This document shows positions 54,528 through 63,341 of a stretch of 64,000 nt of DNA, one piece after another; the first letter of the stretch is position 1, and each line of letters starts with the position of its first letter. The notes beneath the pieces were generated by a model. That model saw only the letters and a program-made list of their open reading frames with translations, was not told where the DNA came from and ran no database searches. This stretch comes from an uncultured Chlorobiaceae bacterium (lineage in GTDB: Bacteria; Bacteroidota; Ignavibacteria; UBA10030; SZUA-254). The translations under genes and the position numbers were made by a program. The DNA lies in the NCBI GenBank assembly GCA_964596065.1, contig CAZQSM010000002.1, forward strand, positions 10,361 through 74,360, read 5' to 3'.

Positions 54528-57509
54528 ATGCGTTTCACCATTTCCGTGGGCCGGATATCGGCCCGTCTGCGATTCGGCCTCCTGCTCCTGTCCGCCGCCG
54601 CGTCGGCGCCCGTCGGCGGGCCGCTCAGGGCCCAGTTCACGACGCTCGAGACGGAGCGCCAGCGCCTGATCTGGTACGACCCGGGCATCGACTACCTGAT
54701 CCCCCACGCGGCGCGGACCTTCGAGAACGCGATGACCTTTCACATGCGATTGTTCGACTATGAGCCGTCGGAGAAGGTCAGCGTCTTTCTCCACGATTTC
54801 AACGACTACGGCACGGGCGGGACGAGCACCATCCCGTGGAATTTCCTCAATATCGGCGTCGAGCCGTATGATTACGTCTACGAGACGGCCCCCACGAACG
54901 AGAGGATGAACTGGGTCTTCAACCACGAACTGGCCCACCTGGTCGCGGTGGACAAGCCCGCCGGCAGCGACCGCTTCTTCCGGTCGGTCTTCTTCGGGAA
55001 GGTGCTCCCGGTGGCCGAGAACCCCGTTTCGATGTTCTACAGCTTCCTGACCAACCCGCGATGGTATTCCCCCAGGTGGTACCACGAGGGGATCGCCACC
55101 TTCCTCGAGACCTGGATGGCCGGCGGCATCGGCAGGGCGCTCGGCGGTTACGACGAGATGATGTTCCGGACGATGGTGGCCGATTCCACCTACTTCTACG
55201 ATTTCGTCGGGATCGAGTCGGAGGGGACGACGATCGATTTCCAGATCGGGGCCAACGCGTACCTCTACGGGACCCGCTTCGTCAGTTACGTGGCGCTGAC
55301 GCGCGGGCCTGAAAAAATCCTGGAGTGGTTCAACCGGTCGGAGGGGAGCTCCGCCTACTTCGCCTCGCGGTTCGAGCAGGTCACGGGGAGCTCCCTCGAC
55401 GACGAATGGTCGCGCTGGATAGAGTTCGAGAAACGGTGGCAGCGCGCGAACCTCGATTCGGTGGGGACCTATCCCCTCACGCCGTACCGCGTGATCTACG
55501 ACGGCGTCCTCGGCTCAGTCTCGCGTCAATTCTATGATTCGGCGGCCGGTGAAATCTATTGCGCCGTCAATTATCCGGGCGCCACCGCCCACATCGCCGG
55601 GATCGACGTGGGGAGCGGGACGAAAGAGGCGCTCGTCGACGTCGAGACCCCGACCCTCTACTATGTCACGTCCATCGCCTACGATCCGGTACTCCGCAGG
55701 ATCTACTACACCACCGATAATTCCCGCTACTGGCGGGACATCAGGGTCCTCGACCTGAACACCGGCGACGACCGGAAGCTCTACAACGACGTCCGGACCG
55801 GGGACCTGGTCGTCAACCCGGCCGACCGGTCGCTCTGGGGGGTCCAGCACAACCGGGGAATCTCGAAGGTCGTCAGGATGCCCGACCCGTACACCCACCA
55901 GTACGAGGTCCTCGAGCTCGCCTACGGCAACGACCTCTTCGACCTCGACATTTCCCCCGACGGGAGGACGCTGATGGGGGTGCTGCTGGAGATCAACGGG
56001 CGGCAGAAGCTCGTCAGGATGGAGATCGATTCACTCGTCGCGGGCGTCCGCTCCCACGAGACGATCTACGAATTCGAGAACAACTCGCCGGCGAATTTCG
56101 TCTTTTCCCCGGACGGGAAGTCGGTCTACGGCACCTCGTACTACACCGGGGTGTCGAACGTGTTCAGGATCGACCTGGAGACGAAAAAACTCGACGCCCT
56201 CACGAACGCGGAGACCGGGATGTTTCGTCCCATCCCGTACACCGCGGATTCGATCATCGCATTCCGGTATTCGGGGAAGGGATTCATCCCGGTGGCGATC
56301 CCCATCCGGCCGACGGAGGACATCGCCCCGATCCGGTACCTCGGCCAGCAGATCGTCGAGCAGCACCCGGTCGTCACCACGTGGAAACTCGAACCCCCCA
56401 ACCCGCAGCGGATCAACATCGACTCGCTCACGATCTCCAGGGGCGAATACGACGGGCTGGGCGGCCTGCGCGTCGCCTCGGTCTACCCGATCGTGCAGGG
56501 ATACAAGGACGTCTACGCGCTCGGATTGACGGCGACGATCTCCGATCCGCTGCCGGTCCATTATTTCCTCCTGACGGGGTCGTGGTCCCCCAACCGCGAC
56601 CTGCCGGCGAAGGAACGGTTTCACGGTTCGGCGGAGTATTTCTACCAGACCTGGAAATTCGGCGCGGGGTACAACACCGCGGATTTCTATGACCTCTTCG
56701 GTCCCACCAAATCGAGCCGAAAGGGGTACACAGCGTCGATCGGCTACAGCCGGACAGTCTTCGAGGAGCGGCCCCGTTCGTTCGACTACGGCCTCACCCT
56801 GTCGGGCTTCTCGGACCTTGACCGGCTGCCCGACGCCCAGAACGTCACCCCGACGGTCGACCGGTTCCTCAGCCTCGGCCTGAGGCTCAATTATACGGCG
56901 TTGATGCGGACGCTCGGCGCCAACGATCACGAGCGGGGAATCAAGGCCACGCTCAACCTCAGCAGCAAGTACGGGACGAAGAAGTACTTCCCCAGGGTCC
57001 ATGCCACGTTCGATTACGGGCTGATCCTCTGGCAGCATTCGTCGCTCTGGTTCCGGACGTCGGCGGGCAATTCGTTCGGAGACCGTTCGAACACGCTGGC
57101 GAATTTCTACTTCGGCGGTTTCGGCAACAACTGGGTGGACCACGGCGAGGTGCGGCGGTACCGGGACTATTACAGTTTCCCGGGCGTCGAGATCAATGAT
57201 CTGGGGGGAAGCAACTTCGCCAAACTCACGCTCGAGTGGGACCTCCCGCCGATCCGCTTCAGGCGGGTGGGACTGCCCGCGGCCTACGCCAACTGGGCGA
57301 GGGTGGCGCTGATCTCCACCGGACTGGTGACGAACCTCGACGATGAGTCGCTGCGCCAGCGCGCGCTGAGCGTGGGGGCGCAGCTGGACCTCAAGCTGGT
57401 GTTGTTCTCCAACCAGGAATCGACCCTTTCAGGCGGCTTCGCGGCTGCCTTCCGGCCCGACCAGCGGCGCACGAGGGAGTGGATGGTGTCGCTGAAAATC
57501 CTCCGGTGA
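54528..57509 (+). CDS. 994-aa secreted protein: N-terminal HExxH (gluzincin-like) module, central PD40/TolB-like beta-propeller repeats, C-terminal beta-rich (outer-membrane-barrel-like) region
   Basis: Signal peptide MRFTISVGRISARLRFGLLLLSAAASAPVGGPLRAQ (ATG 54528; the TTG at 54501 proposed by the ORF caller was rejected). WVFNHELAHLVAVD HExxH with a downstream WYHEGIATFLE candidate third ligand. SPDGRTLMGV and FSPDGKSVYGT propeller blades. Last about 350 aa show alternating hydrophobic patterns. Confidence 0.55.
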   Translation: MRFTISVGRISARLRFGLLLLSAAASAPVGGPLRAQFTTLETERQRLIWYDPGIDYLIPHAARTFENAMTFHMRLFDYEPSEKVSVFLHDFNDYGTGGTSTIPWNFLNIGVEPYDYVYETAPTNERMNWVFNHELAHLVAVDKPAGSDRFFRSVFFGKVLPVAENPVSMFYSFLTNPRWYSPRWYHEGIATFLETWMAGGIGRALGGYDEMMFRTMVADSTYFYDFVGIESEGTTIDFQIGANAYLYGTRFVSYVALTRGPEKILEWFNRSEGSSAYFASRFEQVTGSSLDDEWSRWIEFEKRWQRANLDSVGTYPLTPYRVIYDGVLGSVSRQFYDSAAGEIYCAVNYPGATAHIAGIDVGSGTKEALVDVETPTLYYVTSIAYDPVLRRIYYTTDNSRYWRDIRVLDLNTGDDRKLYNDVRTGDLVVNPADRSLWGVQHNRGISKVVRMPDPYTHQYEVLELAYGNDLFDLDISPDGRTLMGVLLEINGRQKLVRMEIDSLVAGVRSHETIYEFENNSPANFVFSPDGKSVYGTSYYTGVSNVFRIDLETKKLDALTNAETGMFRPIPYTADSIIAFRYSGKGFIPVAIPIRPTEDIAPIRYLGQQIVEQHPVVTTWKLEPPNPQRINIDSLTISRGEYDGLGGLRVASVYPIVQGYKDVYALGLTATISDPLPVHYFLLTGSWSPNRDLPAKERFHGSAEYFYQTWKFGAGYNTADFYDLFGPTKSSRKGYTASIGYSRTVFEERPRSFDYGLTLSGFSDLDRLPDAQNVTPTVDRFLSLGLRLNYTALMRTLGANDHERGIKATLNLSSKYGTKKYFPRVHATFDYGLILWQHSSLWFRTSAGNSFGDRSNTLANFYFGGFGNNWVDHGEVRRYRDYYSFPGVEINDLGGSNFAKLTLEWDLPPIRFRRVGLPAAYANWARVALISTGLVTNLDDESLRQRALSVGAQLDLKLVLFSNQESTLSGGFAAAFRPDQRRTREWMVSLKILR

Positions 57510-57534
57510 CGGACGCGCCGATGGTGATCACCCG

Positions 57535-58560
57535 ATGAACATGGTTTCCGCCGACAGGCTCCTCGACATCGCGGTGAGCGTGCTCCCCGTGTTCCTCTTC
57601 CTCCTTGCCCTGGTGTTCCTCGACAGTTACAAGCTCGTGAAGGTCCACGAGGTGGCGGGGACCATCATCTTCGGGGCGCTCTCGGCGGTCGCGGCCCTCT
57701 TCCTGAACACGTTCATCGCCCAGTATGTGCCGAGGGGCATGCACATCATGCCCCGGTACGTCGGGCCGGTCACCGAGGAGGTCCTCAAGGCGGTGTTCGT
57801 GGTCTACCTCATCCGCAGCGGCAAGGTGGGGTTCATGGTGGACGCGGCGATCCACGGCTTCGCCGCCGGCGCCGGGTTCGCGTTCATGGAGAACGTCTAC
57901 TACCTCCAGACGGTCGGGGGGAGTTCCACCATGGTGGTATGGCTGATCCGCGGCTTCGGGACGGCCGTGATGCACGGCGGCACGGCGGCGATCATGGCGA
58001 TCATCGTGAAGAGCCTCGCCGACCGCTCCCCGTCGCCCCGGCTCTGGCACCTGGCCCCGGGCGCCGGCGCCGCGATGCTGCTCCATTCCTTTTTCAATCA
58101 TTTCCCCCTTCCGCCGCAGTTCATGACGGCGTTCCTGCTCGTCTCGCTGCCGCCGATCATGGTGTGGGTCTTCCACCGGAGCGAGAAGTCGACACGCGAG
58201 TGGCTCGGGGTCGGCTTCGACACCGATGCCACGCTCCTGGAAGCCGTGAACACCGGGGAGGTTTCCCGCACGAAGGTGGGGGAATACCTGGAGACCCTGA
58301 AGGCCAAGTTTCCGGGGGAGCTGGTCGCCGACATGCTCTGCATGCTGCGGATCCACCTGGAGCTCTCCATCCGGGCCAAGGGGGTCCTGCTGATGCGAGA
58401 GCACGGGTTCGAGTCGAAACCGGAGCCGGACACCGCGGAAAAGTTTTCGGAGCTGGACTATCTCGAGAAGAGCCTCGGCAAGACGGGGATGATGGCGATC
58501 AAGCCCTTCCTCCATACCACCTCCAGGGACCTGTGGCAGCTCTATTCGATCGGCCGATGA
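57535..58560 (+). CDS. prsW: PrsW-family intramembrane metalloprotease
   Basis: Polytopic; conserved PrsW blocks EExxK (VTEEVLKAV), FxxxH/FAFMEN (IHGFAAGAGFAFMENVYY) and HGGTAAIMA; long cytoplasmic C-terminal tail. Confidence 0.7.
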   Translation: MNMVSADRLLDIAVSVLPVFLFLLALVFLDSYKLVKVHEVAGTIIFGALSAVAALFLNTFIAQYVPRGMHIMPRYVGPVTEEVLKAVFVVYLIRSGKVGFMVDAAIHGFAAGAGFAFMENVYYLQTVGGSSTMVVWLIRGFGTAVMHGGTAAIMAIIVKSLADRSPSPRLWHLAPGAGAAMLLHSFFNHFPLPPQFMTAFLLVSLPPIMVWVFHRSEKSTREWLGVGFDTDATLLEAVNTGEVSRTKVGEYLETLKAKFPGELVADMLCMLRIHLELSIRAKGVLLMREHGFESKPEPDTAEKFSELDYLEKSLGKTGMMAIKPFLHTTSRDLWQLYSIGR

Positions 58561-59033
58561 CCGCGACGCGCGGAAGGGGGGCGTGGCCGGCGGTCACGGC
58601 CGCCGTGACGCTCTTCCTCCTCGCCTCCTGCGGGGCGCCCCCCGCGCCCGACTGGCGGAGCGAGGTGAGCGCACTCCTCACCGCCCAGGCCGCGGCGTGG
58701 AACCGCGGGGACATCGCCGGATACATGGACGGGTACTGGCGGTCGGACAGCCTCCTGTTCACCAGCGGCGGCTCGGTCAGGAGGGGGTGGTCGGAGACAT
58801 TCAAAAAGTACGCCGCGACCTACGATTCGCGTGAGAAAATGGGAACGCTCACCTTCTCCGGTCTGGAATTCCACCTCCCCGCCCCCGGCGCGGCGTGGGT
58901 CTTCGGCCGGTGGGAACTGGCCCGGGCCTCCGACGCGCCCGGCGGCGTGTTCACCGTCGTCCTCCGGCGCTTCCCCGAAGGATGGAAAATCGTCCACGAC
59001 CATACATCGTCCGACCCGGAACAACACCAGTGA
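58557..59033 (+). CDS. SnoaL-like / DUF4440 (NTF2-fold) lipoprotein
   Basis: ATG overlaps the prsW stop (ATGA). Lipobox LLASCG. LTAQAAAWNRGDIAGYMDGYWRSDSLLF...VFGRWEL...GWKIVHDHTS is typical of NTF2-like DUF4440. Confidence 0.5.
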   Translation: MTATRGRGAWPAVTAAVTLFLLASCGAPPAPDWRSEVSALLTAQAAAWNRGDIAGYMDGYWRSDSLLFTSGGSVRRGWSETFKKYAATYDSREKMGTLTFSGLEFHLPAPGAAWVFGRWELARASDAPGGVFTVVLRRFPEGWKIVHDHTSSDPEQHQ

Positions 59034-59041
59034 AAAGGACC

Positions 59042-59938
59042 ATGAACGCCGACGCCCTCTACCAGACCGACTTCCCGACCCTGAAGCTCGTACGACGCGG
59101 TAAGGTCCGCGACCTCTACGACCTCGGCGACCACCTGCTCATCGTCGCGACCGACCGGCTCTCGGCCTTCGACGTGGTGATGCCGCAGCCGATCCCGCTG
59201 AAGGGGAAGGTGCTGACGCAGATATCAAACTACTGGTTTTCGCTGATGACCGACATCATCCCGAACCACCTGGTGGCGACGTCGGTCGACGAATTCCCGG
59301 CGGAGTGCGCGCCCTACCTCGACCTGCTCAGGGGGCGGAGCATCCTGGCGAGGAAGACGACGCCCCTCCCGATCGAGTGCGTGGCCCGCGGGTACGTGTC
59401 GGGCTCCGGATGGATCGAGTACCGTGACGGCGGGAAGATCTGCGGGATCCCGCTCCCCCCGGGGCTGAAGGAGTCGGAACGGCTCCCCCGGACGCTCTTC
59501 ACCCCCGCCACGAAGGCGGAGGCCGGGCACGACGAAAATATTTCGTTCGAGACGGCGGCCGGGATCGTGGGAATCGAAACGGCGGAAGCCGCGCGAGCCA
59601 CCACCCTGAAGATCTACGAACGGGCCTCGGAGATCGCGCTCGACAGGGGGATCATCATCGCCGACACCAAGATGGAATTCGGGACCACCCGCGGCGGGCT
59701 GGTCCTGATCGACGAACTCCTCACGCCCGACTCCTCCCGCTTCTGGCCGAAGGGCCGTTACGCCCCGGGGCGGCCCCAGGAGAGTTACGACAAGCAATTC
59801 GTCCGGGACTACCTGCTGTCGATCGGCTTCAACCGTCAACCGCCGGGCCCGGCCCTCCCGCCCGACGTCATCGAACGGACGACCGACCTCTACCGGCAGG
59901 CGCTCATGCTCGTCACGGGGAAGGACGTGGAGGGGTAG
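59042..59938 (+). CDS. purC: phosphoribosylaminoimidazole-succinocarboxamide synthase (SAICAR synthetase)
   Basis: GKVRDLYDLGDHLLIVATDRLSAFD, IADTKMEFG, SRFWPKG are PurC signature blocks. Confidence 0.85.
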   Translation: MNADALYQTDFPTLKLVRRGKVRDLYDLGDHLLIVATDRLSAFDVVMPQPIPLKGKVLTQISNYWFSLMTDIIPNHLVATSVDEFPAECAPYLDLLRGRSILARKTTPLPIECVARGYVSGSGWIEYRDGGKICGIPLPPGLKESERLPRTLFTPATKAEAGHDENISFETAAGIVGIETAEAARATTLKIYERASEIALDRGIIIADTKMEFGTTRGGLVLIDELLTPDSSRFWPKGRYAPGRPQESYDKQFVRDYLLSIGFNRQPPGPALPPDVIERTTDLYRQALMLVTGKDVEG

Positions 59939-60087
59939 ACCGGGGGATTTTTCTCCCCCGCGGAATTTTCGTATAATGGTGAACAACCGCCATCCCGGCG
60001 CGTACACCCGTGGGCGCCGGGCCGTCACGTTTCCCGCGTTGCCGCTCACAATCAACGATTCCCAGTACAATGACATTGGAGGAGATT

Positions 60088-61434
60088 ATGTTCAGAGGCA
60101 TCAGTCTGGTCGTGATGACGCTGCTCGGGGGTTTCGCCCTGACGGCGCAGCAGGACGAGAGCAAGGTTTTTCCGTACCCGATCAACCAGGTCACGCTCGA
60201 CAACGGCCTGAAGATCGTTTCGATCCCGTTCGACAGCCCCGGGATCGTCGCCTTTTACACGGTGGTGAGGACCGGTTCGCGCAACGAGGTGGAGCCCGGC
60301 AAATCGGGCTTCGCCCATTTCTTCGAGCATATGATGTTCCGCGGGACGGAGAAATACGACAAGACCGCCTTTAACGAAATCCTCCAGTCGATCGGGGCCG
60401 ACAACAACGCGTTCACCTCCGACGACCAGACGGTCTATCATACGCTCGCGAGCGCCGACGCCCTCGAGACGATGATGGACATGGAGTCGGACCGGTTCAT
60501 GAACCTGAAGTACTCCGAGGAGGACTTCAAGACCGAGGCGGGCGCGATCCTCGGCGAATACAACAAGAACTATTCGAGCCCCTTCATGACCATCTTCGAG
60601 AAGATGCGCGAAGCGGCGTACGAGCAGCACACCTACAAGCACACCACGATGGGCTTCCTGAAGGACATCGAGGACATGCCGAACCAGTACCAGTACAGCC
60701 TGGAGTTCTTCGATCGCTGGTACCGGCCGGAGAACTGCGTGCTGGTGATCGTCGGGGATTTCGACCAGGAGAAGCTCGTGGCCCTGGCGAAGAAATATTA
60801 CGGTCCGTGGAAACGCGGGACCTACAAGCTCGACGTTCCGCTCGACGCTCCCCAGACGGCGGAGAAGCTGATCAACCTCCCCTGGAAGGCCAAGACGCTG
60901 CCGATCGTCGCCATCGGCTACCACGGGCCGGCGTTCAGCGACAATTCACGCGACATGCCGGCGATGGACCTCCTCTCGCAGCTCGTCTTCTCGCAGACGT
61001 CCGACCTTTTCCGCAAGCTGGTCATCGAACAGCAGCTGGTGGAGTTCGTGCAGGGCAGCCAACCGGACAGCAGGGACCCGGGCCTCTTCACCATCTTCGC
61101 GCGGGTGAAGGACCCGAAGAACATCGACCTGGTCCGCGAGGAGATCGAGAAGGCGATCGCGGACGCGATGGTGACGCCGGTGTCGGCGGAGCGGCTGAAG
61201 GACATCAAATCGCACCTGAAATACCAGTACGCGATGGGGCTCGACAACCCGAACTCGGTGGCGAACAGCATCAGCCATTACATCCAGCTCACGGGCGACC
61301 CCGAATCGGTGAACAGGGTCTACCGGCTCTACGACCAGATCACGCCCGCGGACATCCAGGCCGCGGCGAAGAAATATCTCACCAGGACCAACAGGACCAC
61401 GGTCATTCTCAAGCAGGAGGAGAGCTCACAATGA
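60088..61434 (+). CDS. M16-family (pitrilysin-like) zinc peptidase, catalytic subunit
   Basis: Signal peptide; inverted zinc motif HFFEHMMFRGT (HxxEH) plus downstream E; GGAGG ribosome-binding site. Confidence 0.8.
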   Translation: MFRGISLVVMTLLGGFALTAQQDESKVFPYPINQVTLDNGLKIVSIPFDSPGIVAFYTVVRTGSRNEVEPGKSGFAHFFEHMMFRGTEKYDKTAFNEILQSIGADNNAFTSDDQTVYHTLASADALETMMDMESDRFMNLKYSEEDFKTEAGAILGEYNKNYSSPFMTIFEKMREAAYEQHTYKHTTMGFLKDIEDMPNQYQYSLEFFDRWYRPENCVLVIVGDFDQEKLVALAKKYYGPWKRGTYKLDVPLDAPQTAEKLINLPWKAKTLPIVAIGYHGPAFSDNSRDMPAMDLLSQLVFSQTSDLFRKLVIEQQLVEFVQGSQPDSRDPGLFTIFARVKDPKNIDLVREEIEKAIADAMVTPVSAERLKDIKSHLKYQYAMGLDNPNSVANSISHYIQLTGDPESVNRVYRLYDQITPADIQAAAKKYLTRTNRTTVILKQEESSQ

Positions 61435-62948
61435 AGACGTCGGCACTGATACTGATGGCAGCATTCGCGATGGCCCTGACCCCCGCACCCCTCTCCGCCC
61501 AGGGCGGGTCCGCGGTGAAAATTACCGAGCTCCGGAGCGAACGTTCTCCGCTCATCACGATCCGGATCGCGCTCCGCTCCGGGGCGATCAACGATCCCGC
61601 CGGCAAGGAAGGGCTCAACGCCCTCACCGCCACGCTCATCGAGCAGGGCGGGACGCAGAGCCTCACCTACGCCCAGGTGATGGAAAAACTCTACCCGTGG
61701 GCGGCAAACATCTCCTCGCAGTCGGACCACGAGCTCACGACGTTCACCGGCAACGTCCACCGCGACCACCTCGAGGCGTTCTACAGGCTCTTCACCGACC
61801 TCGTGCTCAGGCCGCGGTTCGATTCGGCCGATTTCTCGAGGGTGAAGGACCTGGGGATCAACTACCTGGTGAACACGCTCCGGTCCACCGACGACGAGGG
61901 GCTGGGCAAGCAGGCGCTCAACGCGTTCCTCTTCGAGGGGCATCCGTACGGTACGACGGAATTCGGGACGGTGCAGGGGCTGACGTCGATCACGCTCGAC
62001 GACGTGAAGGCCTATTACGCGAAGACCTACACCCGGGCCAACATCTGGGTCGGGATCGCGGGCGGCTATCCGGCCGGGTTCGCGGAGAGGATCCGCGCCG
62101 ATTTCGGATCTCTGCCGGCGGGCGAAGCGACGGTCGTGGCGCTTCCGGCGCCGTCGAAGATCGAAGGCCTGGAACTGCTGGTGGTCCAGAAACCCGCGCG
62201 GGCCTACGCCGTCTCGATGGGGTTCCCGCTCCCGATCACCAGGAAGGACAGGGACTTCTACGCACTGATGGTGGCGAACTCCTATTTCGGGGAACACCGG
62301 ACCTTCAGCGGTGTGCTGATGAACACCATCCGGGGCGACCGGGGAATGAACTACGGCGACTACTCGTACATCGAAAAATTCACCGGCGGGACCTCGGGGA
62401 CCACCTTCCCGAACGTGAACACCCCGCTGCGGCAGCAGTTTTTCAGCATCTGGCTCCGGCCGATGCCCCCGGCGCAGACGCACTTCGGGATACGGGCCGC
62501 GCTGTACGAACTCAAACGCCTCGTCGACCAGGGGCTGAGCGAGGCGGACTTCGAGACCACGCGAAAATTCCTCACAAACTATTCCAAGCTCTGGGCCGCC
62601 ACGGCGGACCGCCGGCTCGGATACGTGATGGACAGCGAATTCTACGGCACGCCATACTACATCGACCGGATCGCGAGCGAGCTGAAGACGCTCACGGCGG
62701 CGGACGTCAACGCGGCGGTGAAGAAATACCTGTCGCCCGACAACCTCAGGATCGCGGTGGTGGTGGACGCCGGCGCCGGCACGGCGTTCTTCGACAACCT
62801 GGCGAACAACGTCCCCTCGCCGATGGCGTACGAGGCCCCGAAGCCGCAGGCCGTCCTGGACACCGACAAGGTGATCGAGGTCTTCCCGCTGAAGGTGAAC
62901 AGGGCGAAGTCGAGGGTGGTCGAGGCGAAGGACCTGTTCGAGAAGTAG
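61431..62948 (+). CDS. M16-family peptidase homologue lacking HxxEH (non-catalytic partner subunit)
   Basis: Signal peptide; M16 fold blocks present but no HxxEH. ATG overlaps the upstream stop (ATGA). Confidence 0.7.
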   Translation: MKTSALILMAAFAMALTPAPLSAQGGSAVKITELRSERSPLITIRIALRSGAINDPAGKEGLNALTATLIEQGGTQSLTYAQVMEKLYPWAANISSQSDHELTTFTGNVHRDHLEAFYRLFTDLVLRPRFDSADFSRVKDLGINYLVNTLRSTDDEGLGKQALNAFLFEGHPYGTTEFGTVQGLTSITLDDVKAYYAKTYTRANIWVGIAGGYPAGFAERIRADFGSLPAGEATVVALPAPSKIEGLELLVVQKPARAYAVSMGFPLPITRKDRDFYALMVANSYFGEHRTFSGVLMNTIRGDRGMNYGDYSYIEKFTGGTSGTTFPNVNTPLRQQFFSIWLRPMPPAQTHFGIRAALYELKRLVDQGLSEADFETTRKFLTNYSKLWAATADRRLGYVMDSEFYGTPYYIDRIASELKTLTAADVNAAVKKYLSPDNLRIAVVVDAGAGTAFFDNLANNVPSPMAYEAPKPQAVLDTDKVIEVFPLKVNRAKSRVVEAKDLFEK

Positions 62949-62951
62949 CGG

Positions 62952-63176
62952 TTGAAAATATCCGTCATCGTCAAACCGAACTCGAAGCGGGAGGGCGTCG
63001 TCGCCTCGGGGGAGGGGACCTACACGGTGCGCGTGTCCGCGCGGCCGGTGGAGGGGAGGGCGAACGAAAGGGTCGTGGAACTGCTGGCCGGCCATTTCGG
63101 GGTCCCGAAGGGGCGGGTGACCATCCTCCGGGGGGTCGCCGGACGGAAGAAGATCGTCGAAATCGCAACGTCGTGA
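62952..63176 (+). CDS. DUF167 (YggU-family) protein
   Basis: 74 aa; VKPNSKREGV ... VRVSARPVEGRANE ... GVPKGRVTILRGVAGRKK matches DUF167. Confidence 0.6.
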   Translation: MKISVIVKPNSKREGVVASGEGTYTVRVSARPVEGRANERVVELLAGHFGVPKGRVTILRGVAGRKKIVEIATS

Positions 63177-63180
63177 TATC

Positions 63181-63216
63181 GCCCCCGCCGGGAGCCCGGC
63201 GGGGGCATCCATTTTC
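63181..63216 (+). terminator. rho-independent terminator after the DUF167 gene
   Basis: GCCCCCGCCGGG-agc-CCCGGCGGGGGC perfect 12-bp stem followed by a T-rich tract. Confidence 0.65.
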
Positions 63217-63341
63217 GTTACCACTATTTAAATGCGTATTTTGATCCCGACCCGGGGCCATGTTCAGGCCCGCGACACTCTTTCCTTGCGCCCCTCAGGG
63301 TCATTGCGTACATTGAACGTTCCCTGAATTCAGCATTGACG

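Noticed and set aside
57939-58556. Upstream 206-codon extension (R/G/H-rich) of the SnoaL-like lipoprotein ORF.
   Set aside because: It lies entirely inside prsW in another frame. The real start is the ATGA-overlapping ATG at 58557, followed by a lipoprotein signal.
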